Part shown: positions 41,435 through 62,729 of the stretch, piece after piece
Layout: each line of letters begins with the position of its first letter
Numbering within the stretch: position 1 is the first letter of the stretch
NCBI GenBank assembly: GCA_964247055.1
Contig: OZ176052.1
Span: 10,788,001 to 10,852,000 of the forward strand
DNA from: Paragordius varius
Lineage: Eukaryota > Animalia > Nematomorpha
Direction: 5' to 3'
DNA: 64,000 nucleotides
The notes under the pieces: generated by a model
The model's input: only the letters and a program-made list of their open reading frames with translations
What the model was told of the DNA's origin: nothing
Databases searched by the model: none
Made by a program: the position numbers and the translations under genes

Positions 41435-42180
41435 TTCCGTTACAGTCGATCTTATGACTTTCGAATTTGGGAAAGTTTAAGATTTGCAACTGGTTTTGGG
41501 ATGTCTAGCCACCGCGTTTTGAGGCGGCCTCTTTTGCCAGTACCATTGAATAAGCCAGAGGATTTCTAGGCAATCGGATTGTAGAATGTGGCCTAGATAT
41601 TTTAATTGCCTGTAGATCACCAGATCGTGCAGAAAAAATTCTGGTTTTATGAAGAAAGTATATAAGAATCAGAGATATGGACATTCCATGAAAAAACAAA
41701 ATTTTTCGGAAGCACCATATTTGAAATGTGTTGACGCGAACTTTGTCGGTGCACTTACATAACCATAATTCAGGTCCGTAAATAGCGACGAGAGAGCAAC
41801 AACGCCTTAAGCATGGCCAATTTGAATGAAACTTTTATGACCGAAGTTAAAATTTTAAACAGCTTTCCTAGGCGCCCTAATTTAAGCCGTGCTCGTATGT
41901 CGGGATCTGAACCGTCAGATGATGTCGTCAGATGCAATTATTGAACCTAAACACTTGCAGTGATCGGTTAAGATGATAGAGGAGGAAATATTGGTAACTG
42001 GGAGGCGTTAAGAATCATTATTTTATATTTAGATAAGCTTAGCTTTAGAGCCATCAACCTTGCTTCGACGGTAGTTCTATTTAAGAGATAAATGTCCGGA
42101 TGTGATTCTGTCAAGAAAACCGTATTGTTGGCGTATTTGCTGATGGAAAGCGGTCGTATTAGCGGTTTTAAATGGTTGGT
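41435..42180 (-). mobile_element. 5'-truncated, degenerate RTE-clade LINE (RT C-terminal half)
   Basis: Frameshifted peptides KYANNTVFLTES (YADD site), ALKLSLSKYKIM, KCLGSIIASD, PDIRARLKLGR, AIYGPELWL, FQIWCFRKIL, LKYLGHIL, GKRGRLKTRWLD appear in canonical RTE order. Confidence 0.85.
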
Positions 42181-45100
42181 GACTATTTATAGTTCGATAT
42201 GGGTTGAAGTTGTTAGGAATTGTTTGGTGTGTGAGATGCGGGTTTGTGCACATGATAGTTTCCGATAATGCCTATGTTTCGTAATAAAACTTCAAAAAAC
42301 ATTACCGAGGGCAAATAATAAACATGTCACCAGTTCTCCCTAACATTCGGGATAGTGGGTTAGTTTAAAATTATTTACACATTAAAACACCATTGCAAAT
42401 AACTAACCGATTTCAAGTTGTCATCATACAAAAATTTGATCATTATATGGCTCCGCAATCTGCAAAATATCCGTCTAATATGTTCGCAAAAGAAATGTTA
42501 ACGCCATTTTTACGGACTATAGGAATATCTAACAAATATTAGATTACGGCTAATTCATCCAATTTTTTATCCGAAAAGGCTCAAATAAAAAATCATATCA
42601 ATCCAGGGTGAATAAAAAACACAATTATGGAAAGAACGGTTATTGCATACAGTAGGTGATTAATCAAACTCTACAAAAACATGCGGATCCATTACGATCA
42701 ACCGGCGTCCCGAAAGAGAATGGGGGTGACGAACTTTTGAAGGTAAGCCAAATAGAAGATCTAGCAGTAGTGAATAGGCAAAGCACAGGCAATGCCTAAG
42801 CAAAAGATAAAGGTACCCAAGTCGAAACAGAAAGGGAAAATGCAACCTATAAAGAACTAGACAGAAGCCGTTAGCAAGAAAGGCATCGGATGTAAGATTT
42901 AAAGAAGAAGATATGTTCACAGTACATAAAAAAATCGAGATATATATTTTCCAATCTGAATCTAATGATGCCTTTAATTTTGAGCCTTACGAGTCATTTA
43001 AAAAAATAGATGTATTTTGTTGGTAATTACTCGATAAGAGATCGCAGAATATGCATATATTATCATACTAAATATATTTTTTGTCACAGCTAAATTTAAT
43101 ACGCATGATATACAGTATTTAAATACAAATCGGCGTAACTGAATGCCCCACAATTAGAATATTAATAAAAAATTACTAAAAATGGTTATCCCAATTTTAT
43201 ATTTCTACACATCATTATATAAATAATACAAATGAGGCGAAATATTTATATATAATTTAGTTTTAGAAAATCCATATCAAACTACTTGACGCCATTTTGC
43301 TTTTATGACTAATTTCAGTGTTTTAAAACCGAATGTGAAGATCCCGCCAATCAGAATGAAATATTATAGGTTTTTTAATTTTCAAAAACAAGAGAAAATC
43401 GAGAGAAAATTAAATATAACTTTATAATAAAATGTTATTATATTATATATAAACTTAATATCATTTATTAAAGCGTTTTAAACTCTTGCCCATGCGAAGG
43501 TTGAAACAATGTTCATACATTCGTTCTTTTGGTGAAGATAAAAAGCTCATCCTACCTTCACTTGCGTGCTATAAAACGAGCATATAAAATTGAGGATCGT
43601 AGGATTTTTAATACTTAATAACTTTTGAACTATATGGAATTTTTGAATTCTGAAAAGTGTTCCAAATAAAGTAAACACTATATTATAATATTTTAGCTGA
43701 CAAAAAATTATTCGGAAAGTATTATCAAATATTTTAATTATATTAGAAGGCATTAAAACTAAATAAATACTTGGGTTTTTACATTAATTAGCTCTAATTT
43801 TTAGTCCAGTATAATTCGTTGGCAATTAAAACTAAAAAATGCCATATAATTACTATCCATCAACATTCGACACTATAGTGGATAATCCTGGGTATATATC
43901 ATATTTTAATCGTCCAAGTAAGTTTCTTAAATCTTTTTTTATCTATTATTTATAGGCTTGGTCTCATATCTCAGACATCATCCAGTCCGAGTCTGGCTAC
44001 TTGTTCAGCGACTGTTCCTCTCAACCTCAAAAAGTACACTCAACATTCACATAAAATAAACATATGATTTAAAAAGAGCCCATTTCGGTGAAGGTAGAGA
44101 CACCTTCACATGGGCCTCTTTAAATATCAGAGAGAAAAAAATAGTACGGACTTAAACGTCAAAATTTAGTCTTTTTCTTTCAACTGAATTTTTGATACAT
44201 ATAAAAAAATTTTAAAAAAATACTAAAAAGGAATTCTATGGTTTAAACCTTCGGCTTTCAGATAGGCTATATTTTTTTTGTTAGTTTTCGCTCTTTCGAG
44301 TACTTATTAGGCTTTTTTTCTTGAGTTGGTTCTTACAAAAAATCCTATATTTATAGCTAGTGATATACTTTATTTTTTAAAATTATTGGTTGTTTTGTAT
44401 TTTTAATTTCAGATGGATGTTGTATAGCCACTTTTAGTAGAATTTACTATTATGGGATTGGACCATTTGTATTTACCTAATCTTTTTATTCAATTTAATT
44501 GTAGAATTTATCTAACTTTATTCTGTGAATTGGTTAATTTGACATGTCAATTTGCCTGGATATTGCTTGCAAATCTCTCTTATCAGGCTTTACGATTACT
44601 TATTGTTATCTTTGCCATATGTGGCATAATTGGATCGCTTGGGGGATATGCAGAGCTTGTGCAGCCGCCCGGATCTATCACATTATACATAAGCTCTTTT
44701 TAGATTTTTAATACTTTGGCTCTTAGCTTGTTTAGTATCTTATTTAATGCCTAGAATTTTGTTATTCATGCATGGAATATTACTTGTATCGACTTGTTCG
44801 TTTGAATATTTAAACATATGTACACGAGGAATGATTGTTATTTTCAAATTAAATACAAATTTAAAAATTAAATTTCGGAAAAATCCTATTGGTGGCCTCA
44901 ATTTTCTTTTTTGTTTTGGCCTTTCCATGCCATTAGGTATTAGAAAATGCAAAAATAATGGGGTGGTGCAAAACCTTGTTGAGCAGTGTTATGAAGTTAA
45001 AAAAAAATTCCAAAAAATTAATATTTGTTATAATTTAAATTATAGTAAAATTTTGATCCATATATTATTGTTTTTCAAAGCATGGTGAAACGGTATGAAA

Positions 45101-45387
45101 ACAGATTAAGTATACTTTTTTGTAAATATTTTGGTGCTTATCCAAAGTTTTGATAAAATTTTAGTAAAATATAAATGTTTGATAAATATAACCCACTAAA
45201 AATTTTAAGTTCCCTACCACATCCGGAGCACAATTTTTGAGGTAAAAATAAATATTACATAAATGTTGTCTCATGATATAAATATGTAAATATTTATAAT
45301 CTTTTATTTATATACGCATAAATAATTCAATAGTTTAAAATCTCATGGTTTACTAAGGGTTTTGGTAGTATGTTGTTTATATTTATA

Positions 45388-48300
45388 TAAGGTGACCATA
45401 TTTTTTGAAGGAAAAAGCGGGACAAATCTGAGAAGGGGGGTCATTGGGGGGTGCAACCAAAAATTTTTATACAAAAAATTTATTGTAATATTTATTTATT
45501 TTTAACACAAATACATTATAAATATAAATTGTACCTTACAGGTTGTTTGTACCTTATTCAATAAATTTACATGTGCACGAACAAAGGGTGAAGTGATTGT
45601 AATATTCTAGAAAAAAATAATAAGGACGAAATCATCACAAAGTGCGCTGAGTGATGCAAGAAGCGGTAAAAAAAATATTTTTAACAATTAAGCGAATAAT
45701 CTTAATCAAAACATTATTGGCAGATACATAACGATCTTCAAACAGCTGCTGATTTGTTACCCCTGAGTGTGGAAAATGTAGTTGTTGAAATCTTTAGATA
45801 TTTTAATCATTTTACACAAACTATATTCCATACAATAATATTTTGAAGATTATAGAATTTGCATTATCTTCTGGAACGCTGCTATTGAACGCGTTTTTCC
45901 ACAGTAAAACTAGTGGGGACACGGAAAAATCAAATTTTATTGTTGAAATTTTAGCTATTTTATGTGTTCAAATATAATTTGACAAATTTTTATGAAGACC
46001 TATACAATATCTTAAGTTTTTTTATTTTTTAACACAAAAACTTTATAAATATAAGAAAATATTTTATACTTTGGCATATTTTATATTTGAGTGAATGCGT
46101 TTTAGCCGATTGTCATCATTTTTTAAAATATTGTATAAGTCTTCACAAGAATTTGTCAATTTATATTTGACAGATAAGATGGCCTTTAAAGTTACAACAT
46201 TTAAATTTGATTTTTCCGATATCCACACCTGATTTACTGTGGAAAAAACGCGCTCAGTGAGGCGTTGGTTCCAGGTAAAGATAGTGCGAATTCCACAATT
46301 TTTAAAATATTATTGTATGTAATATAGTTGGCTTCAAACTGATGAAATATTCCAACCATTTCTTTTCTACTGTATATTTTTCTTTTGTCCATAATTTAGT
46401 TTTTCATTATTAATATATCTTTAAACTAATATTCAGAAAAAATATCATTTTCTGAAAGATTTTTTTGAGAATTTTTGGGAACAGATATAATCAAATGATT
46501 TTTGAACATCGCACCAATTAAATTCTGATTTTAATGTTATCCAATGAAAATGATTAATTTCATTAAATTGTGTCGCCCAGTCTTCCAAATAATCTTTACA
46601 GTTTGTAAAAAACATTTTTATATGGTACAGGATATCTTGGCGATTTATTAAGCCTTGTTTTTCTAAATTATTTATTATATTGCGGATGGTTAATGGTATA
46701 AAATTATTTTCTAACCGTTCTTGACAATGGAATTTTATAACTTCATTGGCTACTTCGATTGCCGAAATTTTGTCACCTTCTATAAATTTAATAACATTTT
46801 GAAAGAGAGAAGCTTGATTATGTAAGGATTCTAACCATATTTTGAAGAATCACTTTCAAAAAACTTTTTGTTGTAGGACATTTGTCCTGTCATAAAAAAA
46901 TGATTTTAAAGGATCATACATTTTTAAAATTCTTTTGATAGCTGGCATAAAAGTTAACCAACGAGTTTTACAATATCCAAGCATTTTTTGATATGAACTT
47001 CTGCATTTTCACAGAATTCTTTAAGCGTTTCAACACGTACCGTGTATATATAAAAATAGGAATATATTTTAACAACTACATTTTCCACATCTGCGGGTAA
47101 CAAATCAGCAGCTGTTTGAATAGCGTTGTGTATTATATGCGCTGTACACCCAATGCCAATAATGTTTTGATTAAGATCATCTGTTAATTTATGAAAAATA
47201 TTTTTTGTTCTCCTCCTTGCTTTTCCACCAAAGTTTGTATTAGTGTTGTCAGCGCAATATGTGATAATTTTGTCTTTTAAATTATTTTTTTCTAGAATAT
47301 GCATTATTGAAGTAAATATTATTTCGAAATTTTCACCGGGTAGTGAAATTAATAAAATTTTAATTTTTACTCCGGTTTCTGAATCAAAATATCTTATTAA
47401 AGTGGGAAATAATTTTGTTTCATGGTGATTTGATGCATCAGAGTATAGGGATAAAAAATAATTTTCAGCAAATCTTTTTATATTTCAGAAAATGCATATG
47501 GCGAAAGGACATTGCACACAATGGCTTCAGCCTTTGTACGGGCACATGTAAATTTTTTATGGAATAACGTGCGAATAACTTGTGAGGTAAAATCCATAGA
47601 TCTAAAGGAATGATTGTGTTAACCGGCGTGAAAAGATAAAACGCCTTCGGCTAATGCCAAATTCTTTTCTTCCTCTCCAAAAGCGGTTTTTCGATAAAAA
47701 TCGCTCATTTTGTAAGATGATGCCGCCATATCCAAACATTTTTTTATGTTTCTGTGTTTCCATATGCTTTGTAATATCATGCTTGCCGCCATGTTCTAGG
47801 GTGAATTCCCCCTCGCATAAAAAACATTTAACAAATGATTCATTCTTCGTTTTGATAAAAGGAAATTCTTTCATTAATTTATCGTTGTATTTACAACCTC
47901 TTTTGTGCTCATATTTATAAACTCTATTAGTATAATAAATATTATATTACCTTAATTTTCTGGAATAAACGTGTAAGGTACCGATTTGTGGTATCAATTT
48001 GTCTTTTAAGCTACCGATTTGTGGTATTAATTTGGCTTTTTGATATGTTAGCAAATAAAACTAAAATATTAGCGTAAATATTATATTATCTTAATTTTCC
48101 GAAATAAACGTGTAAGCTACCGATTTGTGGTATTAAATTATCTTTTAATCTAGAGATTTGTGGTATTAACTTGGCTTTTTGATAATGATGACAGTAGTAG
48201 TATGATGCAAAATTATATGATATAAATTCGAAAAAATAAATATTTTTTAATTTAAAAATAAAAAATTTTAATTTAAAATTGAATAGATTTTAAAGATATT

Positions 48301-48463
48301 TAATGATAAAAAATTTAAACTGATAAAAAAAATTTATTTGTATTTAAAAATTTTTTTTAGATAATCGTGAAAAAGCGGGACATTTTAAAAACGTAGCGGG
48401 ACGCGGGACAAAGTGTAAAAAAGCGGGACTGTCCCGCCAAAAGCGGGACGTCTGGTCACCTTA
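45388..48463 (-). mobile_element. hAT (Blackjack-like) DNA transposon, copy 2, inverted relative to copy 1
   Basis: TIRs TAAGGTGACCATA / TCTGGTCACCTTA; perfect 8-bp TSD TATTTATA (45380-45387 and 48464-48471). Confidence 0.93.
46064..47912 (-). pseudogene. Frameshifted hAT transposase (copy 2)
   Basis: MSTKRGCKYNDKLMKEFPF...KCFLC...KHMETQKH (BED), CADNTNTNFGGKARR, GCTAHIIHNAIQTAAD. Its lesions partly differ from those of copy 1. Confidence 0.9.
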
Positions 48464-48972
48464 TATTTATATGATGTTCTGTATTAAATATATTGTTGAT
48501 TATTGTAAATATCTCAAAAAAATAAAAAACCATGATTTTTATCATGTTATTGGCGTTATAAAGTTAAATTGGCGTAAAAGTTTGAGACGAATTTTTTTTA
48601 ACAATTTTACAATTAGTAAATTTTTTTTGTATAAAGGCCTAAATAAACAAAGCATTTTCTAAAGTTCGGCTTTATACCTTAAATACTTTTTAAGATATTC
48701 ATTCGATTTGATCTGGCATATAAAACAATCTCAAAATAATGGAGTGTTAAAATTAAAATATATCAAGTTTTTGCTGGTGTAATGAAGCCTGGAAGTTCTA
48801 AAGTTAATTATTTACATTTTATAACTATAATACATTGCCTGTTGCACCGCGATAAAATTTATCAAAAAAATGGAGACAAAAAAAGGAGATAAGGATTTTT
48901 TTACAATTCATTTTTTATTTTTTTATAATGCGCCTAAAAGGCTAAAAAAGCATATTTTTAAATTGGGGTTAA

Positions 48973-51905
48973 CACTTGGAGACAACCCATTAATTTCAGT
49001 CCTTCGATTCAAATGGGTAGTTAGATACCCCAGGCTTGTTTAAAATCAAATATTAAAAAAATATGGAATAAATTGAAACTATGGAAAAATTTTGCACTTA
49101 TATAACATTAGTGAACCGAAAAATAAAAAATATATTCAAAAATACTTGACATTACTTAGTCAGAGCCCAAAACATAGGTAAAAATTTAGCCAACATGACA
49201 TGTGACCATAAGGTAAATGTAAAAATAATGCAAAATATACCACTTTTTCTTATATCCATGTTAAATGTGATTTTAATAAAAAAGTAAACTTAATAACCTT
49301 AGAATCGAATAAATACAATGATTTGTAAAAATGATGTTGTATAAAAATGGCGTCCAAGTAGTTTGATACGAAACTTCGTTTCCAAAACAAAATTTTATTT
49401 AGATATTTTGGTCTATGTGTATAATTTTTATTTGGATAGAAGCATAATTTTAAATTGGGACTGTTTCCTTCAGTAGTTTTTTAGAAATATCAATTTAAAT
49501 ATTGTCTGGGGTATTAAAATACCCCATTTTAAATCAAAGTGCTAATACCTAATGATAATTAAATTTTAAATCGCTCTGGAGTATAAAACTAGTCCAAAAG
49601 GTAGAGTATTATGAGTATCTAGCTTTTACCAAAAGTCTTATTTAACAAAATATACGTAAATTTTGCGATTTTCTTATATGGAGCATTCAGCACAAAAATG
49701 TAAATATTAAATTTAATACTCGTAAAGGTTACCGCTTAATTACAACGCATTCATTTCAGTCTTCCGATTCGAATTGGGTCTTTGAGGACCCCAGGCTTAT
49801 TTAAAATCAACTTTAATATAGAACAAATTGAAACCATTGTAAAAATTAGCATTTATAACATTGATGCACCAAAATATAATGACAAACTATTTTATGGATA
49901 AAGCCCAATTTAAAAATATAGCCAACTTGACATATATGCATTAGATACTAATAAAAATAATGCAAAGTAAACCATTTTTTCTGTTTATTTAAAGTTAGAT
50001 GTAATAAACACATGGATACAACACATTCATCTCAGTACTTCGATTCAAATTGGAGTAGTTGGATACCAGGCCTGTTATTAAATACAAAAAATATGGAATG
50101 AATTGAAAAATAGCAAAAATTTGCACTCATATAACATTCATGAACCGAAATATAATAAAACATTCAACAATAATACTTGATATTTATTAAGGGGTTACGA
50201 AAGGAAATTAGCCAAGATGACATGTGTGCATAAGCAAAATACAAAAATAATGCAAAATATACCACTTTTCTGTTTATATCATTGTTATTTGTGATTTTAA
50301 TAAAAAAATAAACTTAATTTTAGGCTTAGAATACAATAATGCAAAATATACCACTTTTCTGTTTATATCATTGTTAATTGTGATTTTAATAAAAAAATAA
50401 ACTTAATTTTAGGCTTAGAAATAACACTTTGATTCAAATTGTGGTGTCTAAATACCCCAGACAATATATATAATTTGATATTTTTTAAAAATTACTGACA
50501 GAAACGACTCCAATTTAAATTTATCCTTTTTTATCCTAAAAATTATATAAAAACGACGAAATATCTTATCCATATCAAACTATTTCGCCGCCATTTTTAT
50601 TCAACATTTATTCAAAATATATTTTTATATAATTTAAAAGCTAAAATTAAAACAATTATTTATTCTAATCATATGTAAAATGATAGAACAGAAAAAAGTG
50701 ATTTATTTTGTATTATTTTTATATTTTGCTAATGCACACATGTCAGATTGAATTAATTTTTACCTTCGGCTTTTACCTTATAATAAGCAATATCAAGTTT
50801 CATTGATGAATTCCTTTTTATATTTGGGTTCATTAATGTTATATAAGTGCAAAATTTTGCCATGGTTTCAATTACTTACATATTTGAAGTATTTATTTTT
50901 AAACACGCCTGTGAATACAACATATTTATTTTAGTCCTTCGATTCAAATTGGGGTAGTTGGATACCCCAGGCCTGTTTAAAATTAAAATCTCTAAAAAAT
51001 ATGGGAGGAATCGAAACCATGGCAAAACTTTGTAACATAAATAAACTAAAATATTAGAAAATTTTATTGAAAATACTTGATTTTATTTATTTTAAGCTAA
51101 ATTTAAAGGTAAAATTTTAGTCAACATGACATGTCTGCAAAGGTAAAATTGAAATAAAATGCAACATAAACTATTCTATATCTATCAATGTATGTAATTT
51201 AAATAAAAAATTAGCTTTGATTTTACCTTTAAAATTACACGAAAACGATATTTTGCAAAAATTTTGTAAAATAAAAATGGCGTCGAAGTAGTTTAAGATG
51301 GAACTTTTTTATCAAAACGAAATTTTATATAGATATTTGGTCTATTTATATAATATTTATTAGGATAGAAGCATTAATTTAAATTGGGACCGTTTCCTTC
51401 AGTATTTTTTTAAAAAATACTAACTTTATGGGGTATTTAGATACCCCAATTTGAATCGAAGTGTTAAATAAACACGATATTTTGCAAAAATGTTGTAAAA
51501 TAAAAATGGCGTCGATGTAGTTTGATATGGAATGTTTTTTCATAACTAAATTTTTTTAAATATTTATGTTTATTTATTTATTTATTAGGATAAAAGTATA
51601 AATTAAAATTAGGACCGTTTCTTTCAGTTTTTCAAAAACTTAAACTTAAATATAGTCTGGGGTATCCCCAATTTGAATCGAATTAATAAAATATTAAGTT
51701 TTTTAGCGTTAAAATAAAAAAAATACGATATTTTGCAAAATTATTGTAAAATAAAACTGGTAAGCAGTTTGATATGGCGATTTTCTTGAAACTAAATTTT
51801 ATTTAAATATTTTGGCTTCTGTATAATTTTTATTAGAATAGAAGTATAAATATAAATTCAATCCTTCTCTTTATCTAGTTTTTTAACGATTCGATTCGAA
51901 ATGGG
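48973..51905. mobile_element. Cluster of piggyBac-like MITE copies: full, partial, inverted and tandem
   Basis: TTAA|CACTTGGAGACAAC at 48973 to ...AAAGTG at 49541; further copies from ~49745 and 50009; an inverted one from 50425; a forward one ending GAATCGAAGTG|TTAA at 51463; then two ~205-250-bp repeats of the 3' part. Confidence 0.7.
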
Positions 51906-52047
51906 GTATCTATGGACTATACAATATTTAAGTTTATATTTTTACAACTTAAATAAACGTAATTTATTTAAAAAATCTTTATTTGAAGTTTAATATGATA
52001 AAAAGTATTTGTATACCACTTTACCTTTTCACTTTTTTGTCCTGGTA

Positions 52048-52550
52048 TACATTTTGGGGCATTTCAAATACGAGAGCTCGATTTCGTATAATAGTTTTGA
52101 AAGGTATTTTATTTAAAATTCAAGTATCAAATTTTTTATCTAATGTAATAGATAAAAAACCTTATTTTTTTACAGTTTTGTGACATCTAGAGTCTAAAAT
52201 TGGGAGATTTCAAACACGATTTGACGAACAGCTGATATTAAAATTAAAATATATCACGTTTTTGCTGGTAAGTGCCCTGAAAGCTTTTTAAAGTTAATTA
52301 GTGACATTTTCTAACCATAACATACATTAATTTTTCGTTTGAATTAGCGATTTAAAAAAATTATATAAAAAAATGGCGGCAAAAAGTTTGAGATGAGGAC
52401 TCTTTACAATTTTGCAATCTAAAAAAAATTGTATAATGCGCTTTAAAGACCAAAAAACGCATATTATTAAATACGGTTTTATACCTTAAATACTTTTTAA
52501 GATATTCGTATTATAAATCGCTCTCAGATATAAAAGTTTTCCAAAAGGTA
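52048..52550. mobile_element. CATTTTGGGG-family MITE copy
   Basis: TA|CATTTTGGGGC start; the interior is the reverse complement of 9063-9500 (AAATCGCTCT, TATAATGCGC). Confidence 0.6.
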
Positions 52551-53634
52551 ATGGGGTGTTAATAATGACATATTAAAATCCACTATAATAAGGTTTTATC
52601 ATAATTACTATTGAAACTAGTTTATTTGACGACACTTAAAGATGTTTGTAAATTTATTATATGTTAAATTTTAATATTATTATACTAAATATAAATATAT
52701 TGATACACAAATTACTAACGGTATCTATGGTTAAATTAAGGTAATAACAAAGGTATAAAGATTCCAGGTAAATTACAAGTAGTGAAAAAATCCATTTTTT
52801 AAATTAAGTATTGTGTGAGATAAAGAAAATATAAAAATTATATATGAGTGAATGCAATAATATATAAATTTGGAATGATAAGATAAATTAAATTTTATAA
52901 AATAAATGCATGAAATTGTACAGTCCCATATAGATACATATATAAGAAATATTTTCAAAAACTATATTTTAATGTAAAAAAATGAAAAAGTTTTAATCAA
53001 TTGATCGTTTGCATTGAACCATGATAAAGTTTATTTGATTGAATAGCCTTATGATTAATTGTAAAAAAAATCCATAGTTTAAAAAAACTTTTTTAAAACT
53101 TAAACTAAATATCAAGAATTTAACAAACATTTAATATTTTAAGGTATATCATGTATAGAGTTGGGTAAGTAGATATTGTTGTTACGACAAGGTATGAGAT
53201 ATCGTTTAAAACCATTTTTTATGCTATTTCCCGGCGTAAGAAAGGAAAAAGATGGAAACCGAAATTTGAAGCTTTGAAAGAATATATCGTTGGGTTTACT
53301 TGTCTTTTTTGGTGTAATGGCATCTAAATTTGGTAATATGTTAAAAATTTGTTTGAATTATCAATAGGAACTAAATTAGATATTGATTATCATAACAAGT
53401 TAAAATTCAATAAAAATATTATTAGTTGTTTTTATTCTTTAAATCTAACTCATAAATATTTTATCCTAAAAAATCAAATTTTTTGAGTCATTTAACTATT
53501 GAACTCGGTTACACAAAAACAGTCCGTTCCAATTCATGAAACATAACAACAAAATATGAAAAATGTCAGATATTTTCAGGCTTTTATAATAATTTACCAT
53601 AGAGATTAAAAATATTATTAAATTATACATATAC

Positions 53635-61518
<7,884 letters not shown>

Positions 61519-61975
61519 TAACAATAAGATTTAAACCATAGTAGATAGTAATAAAATATGTTTTTAGCATGTATATTTAAAATCTATTCCCGGATAACAT
61601 CAATTAAAATATAAACTTTTAATACTAGATAATTTAAATAGGATTCATGGGAATGAGATTTCGAAATGCATAGAGAAGCTATAAAATAAAATAATAAATC
61701 AGGTTAAAAAATAACAATATTGCACAATTTATGATAATAATTTAATTGCGCAAAAAATATCATAAAGAAGAATCTCAAAATACTTTATTTGTTTTAACAA
61801 ATAACAATACAATTATTTAATACTTAAAAACTATTACAAAAATATTAAATTTTAATATATGGCTTTATCAAAAAGGGCTTACCGTAAAATCATCAGGAAT
61901 GTGGTGAACTGATTAAAACATACATTCCCTAGGAAACGATAAAATAATTGGTAATTCGAAATTTACATGTATTAA

Positions 61976-62510
61976 CACTTGGATACAACACACTCATTTT
62001 AGTCCTTCAATTCAAATTGGGGTAGTTGGATACCCCAGGCCTGTTTAAAATCAAATAGTTTAAAAAGTATGGAAGCAATCAAAACCATGGCAAAATTTTG
62101 CACTTATATAACATTCATAAACCGAAATATATAAAAAATTTTATTCAAAAATACTTGATATTACTTATTTTGAGCTAAAACTAAAAGGTGAAAATTTAGT
62201 CAACGTGACATGTGTCAATGCAAAATACACCGCTTTTTCTATTTCTATCAATGTTAGATGTGAATTATATAAAAAATAAGCTTTAGTTTTACCCTTAAAA
62301 TTAAATGAAAACGATATTTTGCAAATTTTTTGTAAAATAAAAATGGCGTCGAAGTAGTTTGAGGTGGATTTTTTTTTCAAAACAAAATTTTATCAAGATA
62401 TTTTGGCATATTTATATAATATTTATCAGGACCGTTCCTTCAGTAGTTTTTCAAAAATTTTTATTTAAATTTAGTCTGGGGTATTAGATACCCCAATTTG
62501 AATCGAAGTG
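61976..62510 (+). mobile_element. Complete 535-bp piggyBac-like MITE
   Basis: TTAA|CACTTGGATACAA ... TTGAATCGAAGTG|TTAA. An inner repeat (TTCAATTCAAATTGGGGTAGTTGGATACCCC) sits ~30 bp inside the left end, mirroring the right terminus. Confidence 0.8.
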
Positions 62511-62577
62511 TTAAAGCAAATGTTTATTAATTTCAATCGACCTCTGAATTTAAAGTTTATATAATATAAATACAATT

Positions 62578-62729
62578 CTAAATTGCTATTTTTAGATAAA
62601 CGGAAAAATACCGGAATTTTGTGAATTATTTTAATATACACTGTTTCTGATATAAATTGCTATTTTTAGATAAACGGAAAAATACCGGAATTTTGTGAAT
62701 TAAATTTTTAATATACGCTGTTTCTGATA
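62578..62729. repeat. Tandem duplication, 74-bp period, 2 copies
   Basis: AAATTGCTATTTTTAGATAAACGGAAAAATACCGGAATTTTGTGAATT occurs twice, near-identical. Confidence 0.9.

Noticed and set aside
47243-47920. Plus-strand ORFs 47243 and 47654
   Set aside because: They are antisense shadows of the hAT transposase pseudogene.
34021-48463. A single compound transposon carrying calreticulin between two hAT copies
   Set aside because: Each copy has its own different perfect 8-bp TSD and the outermost flanks do not match, so these are two separate insertions.
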